Shown here in pieces: positions 56,329 through 64,000 of a DNA stretch of 64,000 nucleotides. The stretch spans positions 8,443-72,442 of IMG/VR virus record IMGVR_UViG_3300048583_000198, one strand, 5' to 3'. The notes beneath the pieces are model-generated. The model saw only the letters and a list, made by a program, of their open reading frames with translations, was not told the DNA's origin and made no database searches. Origin of the DNA: a virus. Made by a program: the position numbers and the translations under genes. Position 1 is the stretch's first letter, and each line of letters begins with the position of its first letter.

Positions 56329-56843
56329 TCATCGCAGGCACTGGCCATCGGCCCGACAAGTTGGGTGGGTATGATCCCTACACCAACAGTCGTGTGCTCA
56401 GCCTAGCCATGGATGTGCTTCGGCAGAACCAGCCTTCCACAGTCATCTCTGGGATGGCTCAAGGCTGGGATATGGCGATAGCCCAGGCAGCCGTCAACCT
56501 GAACATTCCATTCCATGCCTACATCCCGTTCGTTGGACAGGAACTCGTGTGGCCTTCAGCAACTCGCCTCTACTACAAGGCTCTGTTGCAGCAAGCGCAA
56601 CACGTGGTGGTTTGTTCCGAGGGTGGCTACACCAAAGCTGCCATGCAGGTGCGCAACCAACGCATGGTCGATGAATGCGATCTTTTGGTCGCTCTTTGGA
56701 ATGGTTCGAAAGGTGGCACTGAAAACTGCGTGCTCTATGCCATCCTGACGGGCCGTCCGTACATCAACTACTGGCCACAGTTTCTTGATCCAACTCAGGA
56801 TCTTGCTGCAACGCCCCAAGGCTCTGATTGGCTAGGCCCATGA
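56325..56843 (+). CDS. SLOG-family (YspA-like) nucleotide-binding protein
   Basis: TGHRP, ISGMA.GWD, RN..MVD, A.W.G..GGT. Confidence 0.85.
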   Translation: MIIAGTGHRPDKLGGYDPYTNSRVLSLAMDVLRQNQPSTVISGMAQGWDMAIAQAAVNLNIPFHAYIPFVGQELVWPSATRLYYKALLQQAQHVVVCSEGGYTKAAMQVRNQRMVDECDLLVALWNGSKGGTENCVLYAILTGRPYINYWPQFLDPTQDLAATPQGSDWLGP

Positions 56844-57304
56844 AAGGACAGATGCTGAGCAACATGCTCATGTTCGCAACGTACAAGCATTGCGGACAAA
56901 CAGACAAAGGTGGCGAGCCGTACATTCTGCATCCACTCGCTGTGATGCACTTGCTCTACACTAATGACGAAGAGCTGCAGTGCATTGCTCTCGGCCACGA
57001 TCTTGTCGAAGACTGCGAAGTAACGTGGCAACAGCTGAAAGACATCGGCATGACCCAGCGTGTGCTCAATGGGATTGATTCCCTGAGCAAAATTCCTGGC
57101 GAAAGCTACGCCATTTACAAGCTTCGAGTAAAAGCAAATCCAGACGCTGTACGTGTGAAGCTTTGCGATCTCCAACACAACATGGATCCGTCACGTAAGT
57201 ACGTGATACCGCGTTCGCTCCACAAGCGATACGCTGAATTTTCTCGTGAATTACAGGAACTACTCCGATGCGGTGTCAATGCTGTCAGCAATGGATCCCT
57301 CTAG
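56840..57304 (+). CDS. HD-domain (p)ppGpp hydrolase-like protein
   Basis: H.GQ.DK.G.PYI.HP, HDLVED, VKL.D..HN. Confidence 0.85.
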   Translation: MKGQMLSNMLMFATYKHCGQTDKGGEPYILHPLAVMHLLYTNDEELQCIALGHDLVEDCEVTWQQLKDIGMTQRVLNGIDSLSKIPGESYAIYKLRVKANPDAVRVKLCDLQHNMDPSRKYVIPRSLHKRYAEFSRELQELLRCGVNAVSNGSL

Positions 57305-57489
57305 GTCCACGTAATGCAGGTAAGCCATGGACACGATATCTCGATGTCCAGCTGACTGCTTACGCCAAAGTCTACCGAGAAGGTGGTGTACCTGTGTTGG
57401 AGGCAATTCCTGAAATTGCCGAAACCTTTGGCCGCACAACGGCCAGCATCTATTCACGTCTCCTCAAGCTTGATCTCATCACGCCATGA
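57268..57489 (+). CDS. small HTH protein
   Basis: NAGKPWT...IA..FGRT..SI..RL.KL. Confidence 0.65.
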   Translation: MRCQCCQQWIPLGPRNAGKPWTRYLDVQLTAYAKVYREGGVPVLEAIPEIAETFGRTTASIYSRLLKLDLITP

Positions 57490-57704
57490 TCATGGTCGAC
57501 GAAGCCAAAGTAGCCCAGCTACTCACTGTGCTCACCAGTGCCATGCAGGCACTTGAGCCCATTGCCAAAATTCCCTTGGAAGATTTCCTGCACAAACATC
57601 CAGACCAGCCATTGATGGGCTGGAATGGTCACATTTTATATATCCGTGATGTTTATGCAGCTCGTAACGTGCTGCACAACATCGAGGAGATGATTCGTGA
57701 GTGA
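57486..57704 (+). CDS. hypothetical protein
   Basis: ATGA overlap. Confidence 0.65.
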   Translation: MIMVDEAKVAQLLTVLTSAMQALEPIAKIPLEDFLHKHPDQPLMGWNGHILYIRDVYAARNVLHNIEEMIRE

Positions 57705-57912
57705 CCTGGAACGCACTATTCAAAGCAACTGGCAGCTTTGCAATGCCATTGCTGAGTATCACCAAGCGGTCCAGGCCGTGCTCAATTTCACCAAGGCATA
57801 TCTTGATGGCGGCGGTGACCCGACAAACATTCCAGAACGATGGAATGTTTTGGACACCGAGCGTCAAGCCAAGTATGCAGCAATGCTTTCAGCAGCAGGG
57901 ATCACACAATGA
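57697..57912 (+). CDS. hypothetical protein
   Basis: GAGGAG RBS, GTG start. Confidence 0.65.
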   Translation: MSDLERTIQSNWQLCNAIAEYHQAVQAVLNFTKAYLDGGGDPTNIPERWNVLDTERQAKYAAMLSAAGITQ

Positions 57913-58046
57913 ACGAAGAAGAACTCGAATTCCTTCGCTGGTTTTATTCAACCTGCGACTTTGGACCTGCCCATTCCGATGTCATCGACATGCTGAAAGA
58001 ACAGTATGTTGCAGAAACCGGCAAACCCATTCCCGAAGGATACTGA
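57909..58046 (+). CDS. hypothetical protein
   Basis: ATGA overlap; MNEEELEFLRWFY. Confidence 0.6.
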   Translation: MNEEELEFLRWFYSTCDFGPAHSDVIDMLKEQYVAETGKPIPEGY

Positions 58047-58047
58047 T

Positions 58048-58485
58048 ATGAAGTGGGATGAATATTTCCTTGGCATTGCAACCATTGCGGCGTCAAAGTC
58101 CAAAGATCCAAGCACCCAAGTTGGTGCTGTGATCGTCCGCCCCGATCGCACTATCGTGTCGGTAGGTTACAACGGATTCCCTCGCGGTATCGCTGACACG
58201 CCTGAGCGATTGAATGACCGCCCTACCAAATACTCTTTGGTTGTTCACGCTGAGATGAATGCCATACTCTCAGCGAGGGAGTCTCTCAACAAGTACACCC
58301 TGTACACCGTGCCATTCATGCCCTGTGATCGCTGCTTTGTGCATGTGATCCAGGCTGGCATCAGACGGGTTGTGTTTCCCAAGGCAACACCTGAGCAAGA
58401 AGAACGCTGGGGTGAAGCTTTCAAACGTGTTCTGCAGCTCGCAGAAGAAGCCAACATCGAAATGGTGGAGTACCCAAATGTCTAA
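58048..58485 (+). CDS. dCMP deaminase
   Basis: SKDPSTQVGA, GYNG, HAEMNA, PCDRC. Confidence 0.93.
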   Translation: MKWDEYFLGIATIAASKSKDPSTQVGAVIVRPDRTIVSVGYNGFPRGIADTPERLNDRPTKYSLVVHAEMNAILSARESLNKYTLYTVPFMPCDRCFVHVIQAGIRRVVFPKATPEQEERWGEAFKRVLQLAEEANIEMVEYPNV

Positions 58486-59059
58486 GCTGAAGCCCTCCAA
58501 TGTCATTCGCCGGATGCGTCACTCATCGGTACGCAACTACGGCATTCCAGGACTGACGAGCTATCTCATTGGTGGAAACCACCATGGAATGGTGCGGCTC
58601 TTCGAAGCCGACCGAACGACGTATGAGCGCATTACGCCACATTCGCATCGGTTCGACTTCACGGCTGTCGTTCTCACAGGCCGTGTCGAAAACGTCACTT
58701 TCCGTCGTGCTCAGAGCGTTGCTGAGTACAACCACAAGAAAGCCAATCCCTACTGGGTCAGCTTCCTGAACGTCATTCATGACGAGAACGGTAAGCCCAT
58801 CCCCGGTGAATACGATCACTTCGAAGGTTATGGACCGGTGTCCTTCTTCGAAGATGGGGAGGTGTATCATCCGGGTGATTGGTACTCAATCCGACACAAC
58901 GAGATTCACGGCATTTACTTCGAAAAGGGCACGAGTGTCCTGATGTTCGAAGGTCCGAATGTGGTTGATCAGACCACCATCCTGGAGCCGATTGCAAACG
59001 GTAAACGGGTACCGACTTTCAAAGTCGAAGACTGGATGTTCTTGAGAGACAAAACATGA
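58478..59059 (+). CDS. cupin-like hypothetical protein
   Basis: PHSHRFDF...VL.G and Y......IH.I motifs. Confidence 0.65.
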   Translation: MSKLKPSNVIRRMRHSSVRNYGIPGLTSYLIGGNHHGMVRLFEADRTTYERITPHSHRFDFTAVVLTGRVENVTFRRAQSVAEYNHKKANPYWVSFLNVIHDENGKPIPGEYDHFEGYGPVSFFEDGEVYHPGDWYSIRHNEIHGIYFEKGTSVLMFEGPNVVDQTTILEPIANGKRVPTFKVEDWMFLRDKT

Positions 59060-59661
59060 TTGACACATTTCGCCAGTTTCGGTCCCACTTCATCGTAGGG
59101 GCCGTATGCCTGGTCATCGGCATTGGTATTGGTTTGGCCATTGGCTGGAAGCTCTACAAGCCCACAGAGATCCTGGAGACAGCTGCGCCTGAGCAGGTAC
59201 TCGAGGACATCAATGTGATCGTCTTGGAGCGCCTGCCCGAGAATGTGGCACCGCCTGTACCGAAGAAGCTCCAGAAGGCTGCCAAGAAAATTGGCGGCAA
59301 GCTCGAGCGTGCTGGCGAAGTGGTTGTAAAGCCTGAGCCTACACCCGAGAGTGCACCTGACTGCGAGTGTGAAGAGGTGAAAATCGACTTCGGCCTCGTC
59401 GACACTGGCACTGGTAAACGTGTCGTGGCTACTGCTGAAGGTGGCAAGATCATTGGCGGCTACGACATCCCACTTGAACCTTATATTCAGAACAAGGAAT
59501 CAAAATGGGAGGTCGGTGCCGTCGTGCCTATTGAGAACTACGAAGGGATTGGTCCGTACGTCTCACGTAAGATTGGACCATTGAGCGTAGGTATCCAAGC
59601 CATGCAGCCCTCTCAAGAAGAAGGATGGACGGCCATGGCTACTGTAGGAGTACGTTTTTAA
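59056..59661 (+). CDS. membrane-anchored protein, spanin-like candidate
   Basis: N-terminal TM, Pro-rich linker, amphipathic beta strands ending TVGVRF. Confidence 0.6.
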   Translation: MIDTFRQFRSHFIVGAVCLVIGIGIGLAIGWKLYKPTEILETAAPEQVLEDINVIVLERLPENVAPPVPKKLQKAAKKIGGKLERAGEVVVKPEPTPESAPDCECEEVKIDFGLVDTGTGKRVVATAEGGKIIGGYDIPLEPYIQNKESKWEVGAVVPIENYEGIGPYVSRKIGPLSVGIQAMQPSQEEGWTAMATVGVRF

Positions 59662-59942
59662 TGAACGATATTCAAACGCAACTCGATTCATTTTGTGAAA
59701 TACGAGATCTTCGTACAAAGCTCGCGGAGGCCGAGCAGGCTATCGAAAAGGCAGGCCGCTGTTTGGTAATGAGCAACAACGGCAAGGCCGAGGCACTGGC
59801 AATTCTGCGTGGCTACAAAGAGGCCGCTGTCAGCGCATCAGTTGATTACGAGCAGGAGGAGTTGGAGCGGATGCTTAAGCAGGAATCTAAGGCGCACGCT
59901 GCCGCCAGCGGCCGCAGCAGGTTGCGGCGTAATCAGTTCTAG
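59661..59942 (+). CDS. hypothetical protein
   Basis: TAATG overlap, AGGAG RBS. Confidence 0.6.
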   Translation: MNDIQTQLDSFCEIRDLRTKLAEAEQAIEKAGRCLVMSNNGKAEALAILRGYKEAAVSASVDYEQEELERMLKQESKAHAAASGRSRLRRNQF

Positions 59943-59981
59943 CGGAACAGATCGTAGCGTGGCTACGACAAGGGGCAAGAA

Positions 59982-60170
59982 ATGAAGTGGCTTTGCAGAT
60001 GGTTCAGTCATCAATGGGAGCCGGACGCAGCATTCGGCCCCGAAGGCAGAATGCGGTATTTCCACTACTGCCGCCGTTGCGGCCTCGTGACCGGATGGGA
60101 CCGCCCCACTGATCGGGAGATAGTCGAGCGGAACTGTGCCGCTGATACATCCGACGCGGTGCAACCATGA
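59982..60170 (+). CDS. small Cys/His protein
   Basis: LC....H.W...C.RCG. Confidence 0.6.
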   Translation: MKWLCRWFSHQWEPDAAFGPEGRMRYFHYCRRCGLVTGWDRPTDREIVERNCAADTSDAVQP

Positions 60171-60289
60171 ATCCCGCCCCTTGGGCAAGGGGTCGGGCAT
60201 GGAAGGCGTGGCCCGCGCTGAAGCCGTCCTGCCCTAGTTCTCAGATGGCAGGGCGCACCACTACTGAGGCCGGAGCGGTTAAGCCATGA
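60167..60289 (+). CDS. 40-aa hypothetical protein
   Basis: ATGA overlaps at both ends. Confidence 0.45.
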   Translation: MNPAPWARGRAWKAWPALKPSCPSSQMAGRTTTEAGAVKP

Positions 60290-60582
60290 GTTATCCAACC
60301 CCTATGGACATTGCCGAAGCCGAGGACAGGGAGGCGTTAGAGCCGATCAGCCACGATGACTGGTATGCGCTTTGCAACGAGCGCGACGCACTCAAGACTC
60401 GATTGGCCGAAGCAATGCGCCTGCTGGCTAAGGAGGGGATTCACATGGACGACTTCGGCTGCTGGTGCAGCCCAACAGTCATCAACTATGGTGCCATCTG
60501 CTCATGCCATCTAGACGCGAGTGTCGAATGGCGCGTTGACTGCCCGCGCCACGGGTTTGCGCGCGCCGAGGCTGTGCCATGA
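60286..60582 (+). CDS. hypothetical protein
   Basis: GGAG RBS; CWC.P and CPRHG motifs. Confidence 0.6.
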   Translation: MSYPTPMDIAEAEDREALEPISHDDWYALCNERDALKTRLAEAMRLLAKEGIHMDDFGCWCSPTVINYGAICSCHLDASVEWRVDCPRHGFARAEAVP

Positions 60583-60773
60583 ATGCCCCACGAAGGACTT
60601 ATAACCTTGAAGGGCGGCTAGCCGACGGTCCGTGGTTGACCGATGAGCAGTTGCAATTGGTATCCCGTCGCGAGGCAGAAGCCGTGATGCAGTGGTATCA
60701 AGACGCTAATCCCGGAATGCGATTCAGACTGGTCGTAGTGAAGTCATTGAGCAAACCACGGAGTCGAGAATGA
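60579..60773 (+). CDS. hypothetical protein
   Basis: ATGA overlaps. Confidence 0.6.
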   Translation: MNAPRRTYNLEGRLADGPWLTDEQLQLVSRREAEAVMQWYQDANPGMRFRLVVVKSLSKPRSRE

Positions 60774-61144
60774 CCGATAGTAGTGAACTGATCGCGCACC
60801 TAAACAACGGGCGACAATCGGACGCAGATGGCGTCATGGTCATCGTAAGCCGCCACGCTGTCGAAGAAGCGGCCAAGCGCCTGCGCCTGCTCGGGGAAAC
60901 CGAGGAGGCATTGGCCGCGTGTCAGTCTGAGGCTAGCGGGCTTTTGCGATCAATGAGGAATGACATCGAAGCCGCGTACAACGGGCTTGATTTCCTAACC
61001 AACCTCCGTGTTGCAGCAGCGGCGGACCCCAACGGCAATCGACGACTTGCGATAGATGCAGCCGAAATTAGAGGACGACTGTTACAGCACATGAGGCAAA
61101 TCGACAAAATCGTAAAAACTGTAACCGTGGGTGGTGACAAATGA
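60770..61144 (+). CDS. hypothetical protein
   Basis: GGAG RBS; Q.D.DGV.V.VSR.A..EA. Confidence 0.65.
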   Translation: MTDSSELIAHLNNGRQSDADGVMVIVSRHAVEEAAKRLRLLGETEEALAACQSEASGLLRSMRNDIEAAYNGLDFLTNLRVAAAADPNGNRRLAIDAAEIRGRLLQHMRQIDKIVKTVTVGGDK

Positions 61145-61302
61145 AGCCTGTGAAACTATGGATGGCCTTCCGTAATGGCGATTGCCTTATGACGATCTAT
61201 GGGGTCACTCGAACGAAGAAAAACATGGTTCAACGACTCAAGGAGAGAGCCTACAACTGGCGCGCCTACAAAGTGCGCCGAGTCTGCGCTGGGCGCTACT
61301 GA
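61141..61302 (+). CDS. 53-aa basic hypothetical protein
   Basis: ATGA overlap; MKPVKLWMAFRNG... Confidence 0.55.
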   Translation: MKPVKLWMAFRNGDCLMTIYGVTRTKKNMVQRLKERAYNWRAYKVRRVCAGRY

Positions 61303-61374
61303 TCAACCGGAAGCAGTGCAAGATCAGGTTTGCGATCTTGCTACCAACGAATTGGATGAATTTCTTAGAACCAC

Positions 61375-61773
61375 TTAATTACGCTCTTCGTGGCGTTTCC
61401 ACTCTTCCAAGACTGCAACTCGGGTTTGAACCTCAGCGATGTTTTTCGCTGCTTGGTTCAATACGTCCTTCATGGACGATCCGCCGTTTGGGCGAGTCTC
61501 CCTACTGATCTCACGGACAGTCTCTACTAGCTCGGCAATCTGCAAACTACGTGCAGCATCTCGTTCACTATTTTTCTGGATATGCTGAGCCAGTTCGGTT
61601 GCAAGCTTTTCACGTTCAGCTTTCTCGGTCACAGTGAATTCAAGGATCTTCTCCACGCCTCGAGCCATGGAGTAGACACGCTTCAAGCCGATTCCGATTG
61701 CTGTCATGACTGCACCTAAAAGAAGGATCCATTCCACTGTCGCCACAAAGGCGTTGTGCCACCACTGTCCCAT
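61375..61773 (-). CDS. holin-like membrane protein (one TM plus coiled coil)
   Basis: N-terminal TM, PNGGSSMKD motif, directly after endolysin. Confidence 0.6.
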   Translation of the reverse strand: MGQWWHNAFVATVEWILLLGAVMTAIGIGLKRVYSMARGVEKILEFTVTEKAEREKLATELAQHIQKNSERDAARSLQIAELVETVREISRETRPNGGSSMKDVLNQAAKNIAEVQTRVAVLEEWKRHEERN

Positions 61774-61788
61774 GATTCCACCCTTTCA

Positions 61789-62271
61789 TTAGCTGATAAC
61801 AGGAACCCCGGTCTCCCGAGGCCAGGTGCCGGTTTCAATCATCTTGGCCAGACGCTGAGCACGTCCCTTCACTTGGGTAGCCCAGAGGGTGGAACGCATG
61901 TTGGCAGCTGCAGCAGGCCAGTTCTTAGCCTTCAGCTGTGCAACAAACATTGGCCAGTCTTTGAATCCGTCACCATCAAACGGTTCCACGCCAAGGTTGA
62001 AGGTCATGTCGATAATGACATATCGCCTCACCTCATCGAATTCCATAGCCCACGGTGCGTATTTCTGCACCAGGGCAATGTGTTTCTGCCAATCCAGATC
62101 GAAGAGACGATCTGAGGCTTGCTTCGTGATTGTGTAGCCACGCCACTTCGGGTTACGTGGCTCAGCCAAGAGATGACCAACTCCAATCGTCCAGAACCCT
62201 CGTGTGTCCTGGTATGCGGTGAGGCTTTCGCCTTCATGGAATTTGGTTAGCTCTTTGCCTTTCATTGCCAT
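61789..62271 (-). CDS. endolysin, T4-lysozyme-like (GH24)
   Basis: HEG....Y.DTRG.WTIGVGH catalytic E-D-T pattern; M.FNLG; S.WA.QV..RA.RL. Confidence 0.9.
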   Translation of the reverse strand: MAMKGKELTKFHEGESLTAYQDTRGFWTIGVGHLLAEPRNPKWRGYTITKQASDRLFDLDWQKHIALVQKYAPWAMEFDEVRRYVIIDMTFNLGVEPFDGDGFKDWPMFVAQLKAKNWPAAAANMRSTLWATQVKGRAQRLAKMIETGTWPRETGVPVIS

Positions 62272-62309
62272 TAACCCATTTTCAATCACCTTCAGCTAAG
62301 GATGTTAGC

Positions 62310-62750
62310 ATGTTGAAGTTCCTCGTAAAGCGTTTAGACTCTGCGGCTGCTTTGCCTGTGAAGGCCACCCCAGATTCAGCTTGCTTTGACCTCCAGATTG
62401 TGTCCGTAAAGGCCGAAGAAAACGGCTATACCGTACACACAGGCTTAGCGGTTGCGCTTCCTCCCGGCTACGGGATGCTCATCTTCCCCCGCTCCGGCCT
62501 CAGCACAAAGCTCGGCTTGACGCTCCGCAATGGGGTCGGCGTCATCGACAGCGACTACCGAGGCGAGATCCTCGTCAAGCTGAACGATGGACACCTCAAC
62601 CGTGACCGGGAAATCTTCGAAGCTTTGCAGCCAGGAAATCGCATTGCGCAAGCAATGATCATCCAGCTTCCGGAGATCTTGATGCAGGAAGTGGAAGAAC
62701 TTCCTGACACGATTCGTGGGACGGGGGGTTTCGGCAGCACTGGAGTCTGA
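62310..62750 (+). CDS. dut: trimeric dUTPase
   Basis: ACFDL, PRSGL, GVIDSDYRGE, RIAQ, RGTGGFGSTG. Confidence 0.96.
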   Translation: MLKFLVKRLDSAAALPVKATPDSACFDLQIVSVKAEENGYTVHTGLAVALPPGYGMLIFPRSGLSTKLGLTLRNGVGVIDSDYRGEILVKLNDGHLNRDREIFEALQPGNRIAQAMIIQLPEILMQEVEELPDTIRGTGGFGSTGV

Positions 62751-62762
62751 TAAGCTTTATGC

Positions 62763-63173
62763 ATGCCAAAGAAGAAATCCCGCCCAAGATCTCCGAAGAA
62801 GACGCGGCCTATTATCGAGCCTTGCCCGTCGTACCCGACATGGAGCAATGCCCGGTATCGGTCATTCATCAGATCAGCGATGCGAAGGGCCTGGGTAAAA
62901 TGGCCACCAAGAGCCCAGTGCCTCCAGGCAGTGAAGCGTCCATACACTGGTACGAATCCACGCCAGAGATTTGAGTACCAGTGTGCTCACTGTCTTGAGT
63001 ACTTTTCCGGCAAGCAAGTTAGCGTCGATCACATTGTTCCTTGGGGCAAGATCGACGGTCTGTCTCTCGAAGAAGCCTGGAGTCGCCTACTGGTTCCCAT
63101 CAGTGGCCTCCAAGTCTTGTGCGAAAGCTGTCATGACGTAAAGACAGCTGAAGACAAGATGTCCTCTTCTTAA
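62763..63173 (+). CDS. HNH endonuclease
   Basis: CAHC...VDHIVP...LQVLC..CH..KT. Confidence 0.85.
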   Translation: MPKKKSRPRSPKKTRPIIEPCPSYPTWSNARYRSFIRSAMRRAWVKWPPRAQCLQAVKRPYTGTNPRQRFEYQCAHCLEYFSGKQVSVDHIVPWGKIDGLSLEEAWSRLLVPISGLQVLCESCHDVKTAEDKMSSS

Positions 63174-63194
63174 TGTTGATGATCACTTCTACAC

Positions 63195-63296
63195 GCTCCT
63201 TTCGTCTAGAGGCTACTGACCTGCGGTAATCCGCGGTCGGGAGGACACTACGCTTTCCGCGTAGAAACCGGAGTTCGAATCTCCGAAGGAGCCCCA
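63195..63296 (+). tRNA. tRNA-Glu(UUC)-like RNA with 27-nt D-loop insertion
   Basis: GCTCCTT/AAGGAGC acceptor, GTCT/GGAC D-stem, CTACG-CTTTCCG-CGTAG anticodon arm, CGGAG-TTCGAAT-CTCCG T arm, C73 plus CCA. Confidence 0.8.
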
Positions 63297-63317
63297 ATTC
63301 CACCCTGGAGTATCTGT

Positions 63318-64000
63318 ATGTTTTGCACGGTCCCTGACGTGTTCAACGTAAATTTTCAGCCAGAAAACTACCTCACTTCCATGGAGCAGGTAGAGTGCTA
63401 CAAGGCTCGAGCCAAAGCACTGGCACGTCACTTCAAGTGGTCCGATGCACTACGTCCGGTGTGGACAGCCACACTGGTTCACTCCAGCACGAATGTGCCT
63501 GGAAAAATCGCCTACTACTCCAGCGTCAAGAACATGTTAGACGGTCGACTCACTCGAACGTCTCCTGAAATGTTTCTTGAACGCATTCTCCAGTACGCAC
63601 CTGATGACATCAAAGCTGCATGGAAAGTGGAAGTGCTGGGAAACATTCTTCCCACTGTGCAGTTCATCAGCAATACAGATCCAGATGGTTGGCAGAAAGT
63701 GTACAACCATGGTCCTCAGAGCTGCATGCACGGTGCTGATGAAGTTTCCCAGTATGCTCATCCAAAGAGCAACTTGAATTTGGCATATGTTCAAGACGAC
63801 AATCCGGATTTCATCCGCATCACTCATCGCGCTATCGTCAACACTAAGCGCAAAACCTACCTTCGTATCTACGGCAAAGATTGCGGCTTTTTCGTCGCAG
63901 CTTTGACTCGTCTCGGTTACAAGCAGAGCGACGAGACATTAAAAGATGAGTACATGACCCCTGGTTACAGCGAGTGTCAGTACTGTGATAACGAAGCTCT
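63318..64000 (+). CDS. hypothetical protein, runs off the window end
   Basis: GGAG RBS, MFCTVPDVF..., GPQSCM and RIYG motifs; no stop before 64000. Confidence 0.7.
   Translation, partial: MFCTVPDVFNVNFQPENYLTSMEQVECYKARAKALARHFKWSDALRPVWTATLVHSSTNVPGKIAYYSSVKNMLDGRLTRTSPEMFLERILQYAPDDIKAAWKVEVLGNILPTVQFISNTDPDGWQKVYNHGPQSCMHGADEVSQYAHPKSNLNLAYVQDDNPDFIRITHRAIVNTKRKTYLRIYGKDCGFFVAALTRLGYKQSDETLKDEYMTPGYSECQYCDNEA

Noticed and set aside
63188-63194. CTACAC just upstream of the tRNA-Glu-like RNA and near tRNA-Pro
   Set aside because: Too short to distinguish from chance and lacks the rest of the promoter motif.
1-64000. CRISPR array, integrase or transposase
   Set aside because: No regularly spaced repeats or recombinase motifs noticed by eye.

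Overview
The window is most of the genome of an N4-like podovirus (Schitoviridae-type) infecting a Gram-negative bacterium, and it appears circularly permuted. Positions 1-11.8 kb (+) hold the end of the DNA polymerase, a nuclease, primase, Sak4-like ATPase, SSB, a nucleotide-metabolism and counter-defence block, RtcB and three tRNAs. Positions 11.8-45.7 kb (-) hold the late genes: 3325-aa virion RNA polymerase, capsid, portal, terminase, tail proteins, a cluster of fibronectin-III-like proteins and a holin. The probable genome-end junction lies near 45.75-45.83 kb. From 45.8 kb (+) come early and middle genes, interrupted by two minus-strand late islands (tail fibres; endolysin plus holin-like gene). 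Most unusual observations: (1) a tRNA-Glu(UUC)-like RNA with a 27-nt hairpin inserted in its D-loop; (2) three covarying vRNAP-type hairpin promoters with a shared CCGGAnTACAC box, one of which starts exactly at a 125-nt rod-like non-coding RNA; (3) an FN3 gene cluster whose members lack strand A at the N-terminus but carry it at the C-terminus, including a hidden 50-aa ORF; (4) a fused single-chain RNAP II; (5) a spanin-like protein ending in an OMP-type beta-signal. All protein calls come from recognising motifs by eye; no database searches or folding programs were run.
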